36,149 bases of DNA from Candidatus Rokuibacteriota bacterium (GTDB lineage Bacteria > Methylomirabilota > Methylomirabilia > Rokubacteriales > DASRDR01): assembly GCA_044866005.1 (NCBI GenBank), contig JBIOTN010000189.1, positions 1 through 36,149 of the forward strand, given 5' to 3'. A program made the position numbers and the translations under genes. The notes below the pieces were generated by a model that saw nothing but the letters and a program-made list of their open reading frames with translations, had not been told where the DNA came from and searched no databases. Positions 29,856-36,149 of this stretch are shown in pieces. How positions within the stretch are numbered: position 1 is the stretch's first letter; every line of letters starts with the position of its first letter.

Positions 29856-30242
29856 CTATCCCGACCGGTGACTCTTGCTCAACCGCTGGATGAACACGTC
29901 CACGCCCTTCCGCAGCCCCTGGGCGACGCCGAGCACCCGCCCGACCGTCCCCACGCCGCTCAAGACGCCCGTGAGCTTGAGCAGCCGGGCCAGCGCCTCC
30001 TGGACCATGAGGAGGAGCCCTTCCACCTCGCGCAGATCCCGGGTCGCCCGCTGCGCCAGCTCCCGGTGCTCCTGCAAGAGCGCGTGGAGTTGCTCGGCGA
30101 GCGGACGGACCTCTCGCTCGAGCGTCGTCAGCGTCTGCTGGGCGGTGCGCGCGGTGCGCATGAGCTGGAGGAGCGCCGGGATCGCGGCGATGACGAGGCC
30201 GACAAACGCGAGGCTGGCGATGAAGGCGGCGATCGTGAGCAC
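29856..30242 (-). CDS. DUF948 (YoxC/YtxG-like) membrane-anchored coiled-coil protein
   Basis: N-terminal transmembrane segment (..IAAIPALLQL.RTA), then a heptad-like helix; usual neighbour of YtxH genes. Confidence 0.75.
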   Translation of the reverse strand: MLTIAAFIASLAFVGLVIAAIPALLQLMRTARTAQQTLTTLEREVRPLAEQLHALLQEHRELAQRATRDLREVEGLLLMVQEALARLLKLTGVLSGVGTVGRVLGVAQGLRKGVDVFIQRLSKSHRSG

Positions 30243-30293
30243 GGGTTCGAAGACCCCTCTCGGCTACGGGTGGCGTGCCGTGGGCCGTGTCCT

Positions 30294-30322
30294 ACCGTAA
30301 CAGAGCGCCCCGGACGCGTCAA
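30294..30322 (-). promoter_or_regulatory. Sigma70 promoter for the DUF948/YtxH pair (divergent)
   Basis: On the minus strand: TTGACG (30322-30317), 17-bp spacer, TGt-TACGGT (30299-30294). Confidence 0.6.
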
Positions 30323-30348
30323 ACCCGTCGGGTGTGGGGCGCCGCGCG

Positions 30349-30378
30349 TTGACGCTCGGAAGAGCGGCCCCGTATAAT
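30349..30378 (+). promoter_or_regulatory. Sigma70 promoter for the carboxyltransferase-mutase genes
   Basis: TTGACG (30349-30354), 18-bp spacer, TATAAT (30373-30378); back-to-back with the minus-strand promoter. Confidence 0.72.
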
Positions 30379-30409
30379 GCCAACCGATGTTTCATTTGGG
30401 AGCGTGCCG

Positions 30410-31960
<1,551 letters not shown>

Positions 31961-32011
31961 GAAGGCATCCGGCCTGCCTCCCCCGAAAGGGTGTGGGCCG
32001 AGGCACTGGCG

Positions 32012-33679
<1,668 letters not shown>

Positions 33680-33681
33680 AG

Positions 33682-33733
33682 TCGGACGGGCGACCTGCGT
33701 CCCCCTCCGACGGCCCTCGCGGCGTGGGCCGCG
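33682..33733 (-). repeat. REP-like repeat in reverse orientation after the mutase gene
   Basis: CCCCCTCCGACGGCCCTCGCGGC (33701-33723) is the exact reverse complement of 8560-8582. Confidence 0.7.
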
Positions 33734-33825
33734 CCCGTTCGATTCGATCGGCGACCGGCAGGATGTCCCGGCCGCGGCGGCGACGGCGTGGGGCCGGCCT
33801 TCCCCGGGCGACAGGAGGTGCTCGC

Positions 33826-35646
33826 TTGCGGCACACGATAGTGGTTGCGGCCCTGGTGTTGCTGGTGGGGCTTGGCGCCGCCGTCAGCTCGGCTGACCTC
33901 CTGCAAGACCTCGGCGCCACCTTCGAGCGGATCGCCCAGGAGCTCCGCTCCGCCTTCCCCAAGGTCGACGCCCGCGTCGTGGCCGTCGACGGAGACACGG
34001 TGCGGATCGCGGGCGCGGGCGTCGAGACGCTCCGTCCGGGCCTCGAGCTCCTCGCCTACCGGAAGGGCGCGCTCTTCCGCCATCCCATCACGAACCAGCC
34101 GCTGGCCCACGCCGAAGAGGAGGTCGCCACGCTGGTGGTGACCGGGGTGACCGCCGAGGAGGCGACGGCGCGCGTGGCCGTGACCGAGGGCGGACGCACC
34201 CCGGTCGCCGGGGACGGCGCCCGCCTGACCGCCGGGCGGATCCCGGTGGCGGTGTTGCCGCCGCTCGGCGTGGCGGTACCGGGCGAGACGACCGAGCAGA
34301 CCGCGCTCCTCCTCGTCTCCCGTTTCTCGGCGCTCCTCGAGAAGACCGGCCGCTTCCTGGCCGTGGACGCCGGCCGCGTCCTCGAGACGGCGGCCCCGGC
34401 GGGGGCCGAGGGGCCACCGTCGCCGCTGGAGGTGGCGCGCCGGCTCAAGGTGCCGGCGGTCCTCACGACCCGCGTCGTCCAGGACGGAGCCACCCGCCGG
34501 GTCGAGACGGCCTGGATCTCGGGCCGCACGGGGAGCACGCTCTTGACCTTGCAGACCCCCGTCGTCCGCGCCGTGTTCCCGCCGCGCTTCGCCTGGGAGC
34601 AGACCCCCGAGCTCGAGCGTCGCTACCTCGTCGAAGGGCCCATCCGGGGCCTCGCCATCGCCGACCTGGACGGCGACGGCCGCCATGAGGTCGCCATCGC
34701 GGACGAGGGGACCGTGAGGATCTACCGGTGGCAGGGGGCGATCGCCGGGCTCGTGCCGGTCGGGGGCGCGGAGTTCCGTCCGGGGGGCCTGATCCTGTCG
34801 CTGGACGCGGCCGACGTCAACCGCACGGGTCGCGCCCAGCTCGTGGTCGTGGATTACCGCGGCATCGCCGAGCTCGCCCACTCCACGGTGCTCGAGATGC
34901 GAGACGGTGAGCTGCGGACGATCCACCGCGCCGGCCGGCGCTACCTGCGGGTGATCCAGGCGGGCAGCGAGCCCTGGCTGGTCGCGCAGGCGGTCGGTGA
35001 CGCCGATCCCTTCGCCTCCTCGATCCGTCGGCTCGTCTGGCAGGACGGCCGGTACCGCGACGGGCCGACGCTCCGCACCCCGGCCGGCGTGACGGTGTAC
35101 GGCCTGACGTTGATGCGGCTCACCGGGAGCGCGGAGCCGGAAGTCGTGGCGCTCACCCCCGAAGACCGCCTGGCCGTGTGGACCGCCCAGGGCCGGCGGC
35201 TCTGGACGAGCGCGGACCCCTACGGGGGGCCCGCCATCAGCTTTCCGTTCGACCCCGTCAACGTCCCGAAGGACCCGGACATGGGGGTGGGGCGCATCCT
35301 CGGGCGGGTGATCCCGCTCCCGGGCGGGGCGGAGGGGCCCGAGCTCCTGGTCTTCGAGAACCTCCTACCGGTCGGCGCGCAGTTCCGAACCCTCCTTCCG
35401 CGCCTCGCCCCGCTGGCGTTCTCGCAGGGACGGCTGCACCGGCTGCGCTGGAAAGACAACCGATTCGTGCGCGTCTGGCAGAGCCGGGTGACCGAGGGGT
35501 ACATCGCCGACTTCGCCCAGGGCGACGTCGACGGCGACGGGCTGCCGGAGATGGTCGTCGCGGTCGTCCCTCGGGGGCTGAACCTGGCGACGCTGAACCC
35601 GCTGGCCCGTCCCCGGGCGCACCTGGTCTTCTTCGAGCTCCCCTGA
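33826..35646 (+). CDS. Secreted FG-GAP/VCBS repeat (beta-propeller) protein
   Basis: RBS AGGAGG and TTG at 33826; signal peptide MRHTIVVAALVLLVGLGAAVSSA; repeats DLDGDGRHEVAI, DVNRTGRAQLVV, DVDGDGLPEMVV. Confidence 0.8.
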   Translation: MRHTIVVAALVLLVGLGAAVSSADLLQDLGATFERIAQELRSAFPKVDARVVAVDGDTVRIAGAGVETLRPGLELLAYRKGALFRHPITNQPLAHAEEEVATLVVTGVTAEEATARVAVTEGGRTPVAGDGARLTAGRIPVAVLPPLGVAVPGETTEQTALLLVSRFSALLEKTGRFLAVDAGRVLETAAPAGAEGPPSPLEVARRLKVPAVLTTRVVQDGATRRVETAWISGRTGSTLLTLQTPVVRAVFPPRFAWEQTPELERRYLVEGPIRGLAIADLDGDGRHEVAIADEGTVRIYRWQGAIAGLVPVGGAEFRPGGLILSLDAADVNRTGRAQLVVVDYRGIAELAHSTVLEMRDGELRTIHRAGRRYLRVIQAGSEPWLVAQAVGDADPFASSIRRLVWQDGRYRDGPTLRTPAGVTVYGLTLMRLTGSAEPEVVALTPEDRLAVWTAQGRRLWTSADPYGGPAISFPFDPVNVPKDPDMGVGRILGRVIPLPGGAEGPELLVFENLLPVGAQFRTLLPRLAPLAFSQGRLHRLRWKDNRFVRVWQSRVTEGYIADFAQGDVDGDGLPEMVVAVVPRGLNLATLNPLARPRAHLVFFELP

Positions 35647-35807
35647 TCGTCGCGCGAGGCCGCCCCACGCCGGGGGGCCGACGACCCGCCCGGTGCCGGA
35701 GGGCGCCGTCGGCTCCCGTGGCCCGGGCGGGCCCCGCCTTGCTCCAAGGGCGGGAGAAACCTAGCCAAAAGGACCTAGAGGGAAGGCCGGGCGCCACAAA
35801 TTAAGGC

Positions 35808-35837
35808 TTGACACGATTTTTTGCGCGGTGCTATAGT
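35808..35837 (+). promoter_or_regulatory. Strong sigma70-type promoter
   Basis: TTGACA (35808-35813), 18-bp spacer, TGc-TATAGT (35832-35837), in a locally AT-rich patch. Confidence 0.75.
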
Positions 35838-36032
35838 GCCCGCGATTTTTGGGATTTTTGCGGCTTCATCGTCCTCATCCAGCATCGAAGCGCGGTTCGA
35901 AGGGGGGTGGTGGCGGGCACCCAACCTGGCGCATCGGACCTTGCAGCCTCACCGAACGGACTCATTCAAGCACTCGTTCTTTGCGGCTTCGCATCGATTT
36001 GGCCACGCGCAGCGTGGCGACGGAGGTGCAGG

Positions 36033-36149
36033 ATGAAGCGACTTGGGATGTGGGTTGCGGCGGGCGCCTTGATCCTCGGATCGGCCCTGCCGGCGCTGGC
36101 CCAGCCGCCACCGGGTCCGACCGTGAGCTTCGGCGGCGAGATGCGGGTC
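36033..36149 (+). CDS. 5' end of a secreted protein, probably an outer-membrane porin-like protein (truncated by the window end)
   Basis: RBS GGAGGT; signal peptide MKRLGMWVAAGALILGSALPALA, then QPPPGPTVSFGGEMRV, which resembles a first beta-strand. Absent from the ORF track because there is no stop in the window. Confidence 0.65.
   Translation, partial: MKRLGMWVAAGALILGSALPALAQPPPGPTVSFGGEMRV

Noticed and set aside
35821..36036. 71-aa ORF as a leader peptide or small protein
   Set aside because: Its TTG start lies within the promoter spacer, upstream of the likely TSS, and it has no RBS.

Overview
Very GC-rich bacterial core-chromosome segment, almost entirely + strand. The gene repertoire and repeat style resemble Rokubacteria/Methylomirabilota (inference only). 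Gene order: obgE-proB-proA-nadD-rsfS, dksA-like, comF, gap-pgk-tpiA-secG, a three-gene peptide-type ABC transporter with no ATPase, tRNA-Leu(GAG), then a tightly packed lipA-nuoABCDEFGHIJK-pdhABC-lpdA run. Next come a convergent YtxH/DUF948 pair, an acyl-CoA carboxyltransferase, a split methylmalonyl-CoA mutase large subunit, a secreted FG-GAP/VCBS-repeat protein and the 5' end of a probable outer-membrane protein. Most notable: (1) the complex I operon stops after nuoK, has no nuoL/M/N, and continues 24 bp later into a complete pyruvate dehydrogenase set, with lipA in front; (2) a palindromic MITE-like insert at the nuoA/nuoB overlap, flanked by an exact 18-bp duplication that preserves both genes; (3) a family of REP-like double-hairpin intergenic repeats, often ending in CTAG; (4) extra inserted segments in NuoD, the ABC binding protein and OppC. 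No CRISPR array, transposase, integrase, phage gene or defence gene is visible. All calls come from motif recognition by eye; no searches were run.
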